Of a stretch of 64,000 nt of DNA, positions 63,001-64,000 are shown piece after piece. This DNA comes from Ascidiella aspersa (taxonomy: Eukaryota): assembly GCA_963924565.1 (NCBI GenBank), contig OZ004607.1, positions 10,416,001 through 10,480,000 on the forward strand, given 5' to 3'. Each line of letters opens with the position of its first letter. The stretch's first letter is position 1. A model generated the notes under the pieces. That model did no database searches, was not told the DNA's origin, and saw nothing but the letters and a program-made list of their open reading frames with translations. The translations under genes were made by a program, and so were the position numbers.

Positions 63001-63809
63001 GATACGCCCTTTTATAGGTATAGTAATTCAGTGTTGTGATATGCTATATACCTATCCACAATACGTGCTTGAAAAACAATCCACCCTATAATTTTTCACC
63101 TTAATTTACAGTGTATGATATGATATTGGTTCCGCATTTACGAAACGCACCACGGACTCATGCCTAATTAACCATTTCTGTTGAGTTCAACATCTGCAAA
63201 AGTATTGTTAATTAAGGTGTTTTTAACCAACAGCTTGTCAAAACAAATTATCCAGTCTCTTACTAACTAGGCACAAGGATATACCCATGTTTTGGGCTTT
63301 TTAACTACATAAGTTCAAATCTTTTCAATTATCTTCTTTCATTGTGATTATGAATGAAGCCGCGTTGAATCAAATTGTTAACTAAGCAAACAAACTTTTA
63401 ACTCTTTAACACCTTCTTTCTAAATTAAATTTGACTCACTTTCCATTGCATAAAAATCCTAGCCCCCTAATCCCCCATTGTTATAATGAAATACTACTAA
63501 ACTACACGAACAGCATAATTCTAAGTAAAAAATATCAGGGCCCGCCTAGACCTTTTTCGGTTTGGTTTGTAAAAAAACGACTCATAAAAAAGGCCGATCC
63601 TCGAATTAAATCATTCCACATTTGTCTACACAGGGTAAAGTCCTGAAAATCCTGCCGATTTGCCACTACCACGTGGTCGTTTTTTCCCTCCTGCTAACCT
63701 ACCTACCATGTCCACACCAGCGTTGGAAGATGTGCGAAAAAGCTCACCATGTTTTGGCCACAAACGGTCTCTTGTTGATTATCACGCCAGATTCCAGCCA
63801 TCAAAACAG
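60049..63809 (+). CDS. SAMTOR: S-adenosylmethionine sensor upstream of mTORC1 (SAMTOR/BMT2/C7orf60), partial. Exons: 60049-60121, 61028-61158, 61699-61880, 62339-62456, 62543-62638, 63634-63809. Continues beyond the window.
   Basis: Spliced translation gives [110 protein letters not shown], closely matching human SAMTOR motifs. All junctions are GT-AG and in frame; the last donor (gttttt) is weak. Confidence 0.95.
60307..60509. mobile_element. Foldback MITE in SAMTOR intron 1 (5'-GG termini, 8-bp TSD; possibly Merlin-like)
   Basis: 28-bp TIR GGCGCT(C/G)GTCTAGAATCCTACCACAACG with 1 mismatch, an inner ~50-bp inverted repeat, and flanks CATATTTC/CATATTTG. Confidence 0.85.
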
Positions 63810-64000
63810 GTTTTTTGTATATTTTTGTATATGTATTATTTTTTTACCAACTTATTTTGGCGTTAATGGTTCGAAATTTTAGTGAGACGTAGAAGAAACA
63901 TCAGAGCTCATAAAGAAGTTTTACGAAACGTTTAAAATCCCCTATACACTTCTATATTGTCCACATAATAGTAAATCCAATACAACTACAAAATATGTTA

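Overview
This is eukaryotic, AT-rich, intron-rich genomic DNA, most consistent with an invertebrate chordate such as an ascidian (inferred from vertebrate-identical exon sizes, compact MITE-rich introns and a mosaic CpG pattern; species not determined). The minus strand carries the 5' part of an L-type voltage-gated calcium channel alpha-1 gene (Cav1, CACNA1C/D/F/S family). I rebuilt 11 in-frame exons equivalent to human CACNA1C exons 2-12, covering the N-terminus with NSCaTE, repeat I, the AID, the I-II linker and IIS1. The gene continues past the left edge. Several candidate alternative first or cassette exons lie in a ~31 kb first intron, and a cluster of candidate alternative exons lies in the I-II linker intron. 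Head-to-head on the plus strand is a SAMTOR/BMT2 (C7orf60) orthologue with 6 exons, running off the right edge. A fossil hAT/Charlie transposase lies between the two genes. Introns hold many hAT MITEs, foldback elements and Penelope-type repeats, one of which keeps an intact minimal hammerhead ribozyme core. The most notable items are the hammerhead ribozyme and a possible splice/promoter system that could make truncated or N-terminally varied Cav1 isoforms. All alternative exons are predictions from splice signals only.
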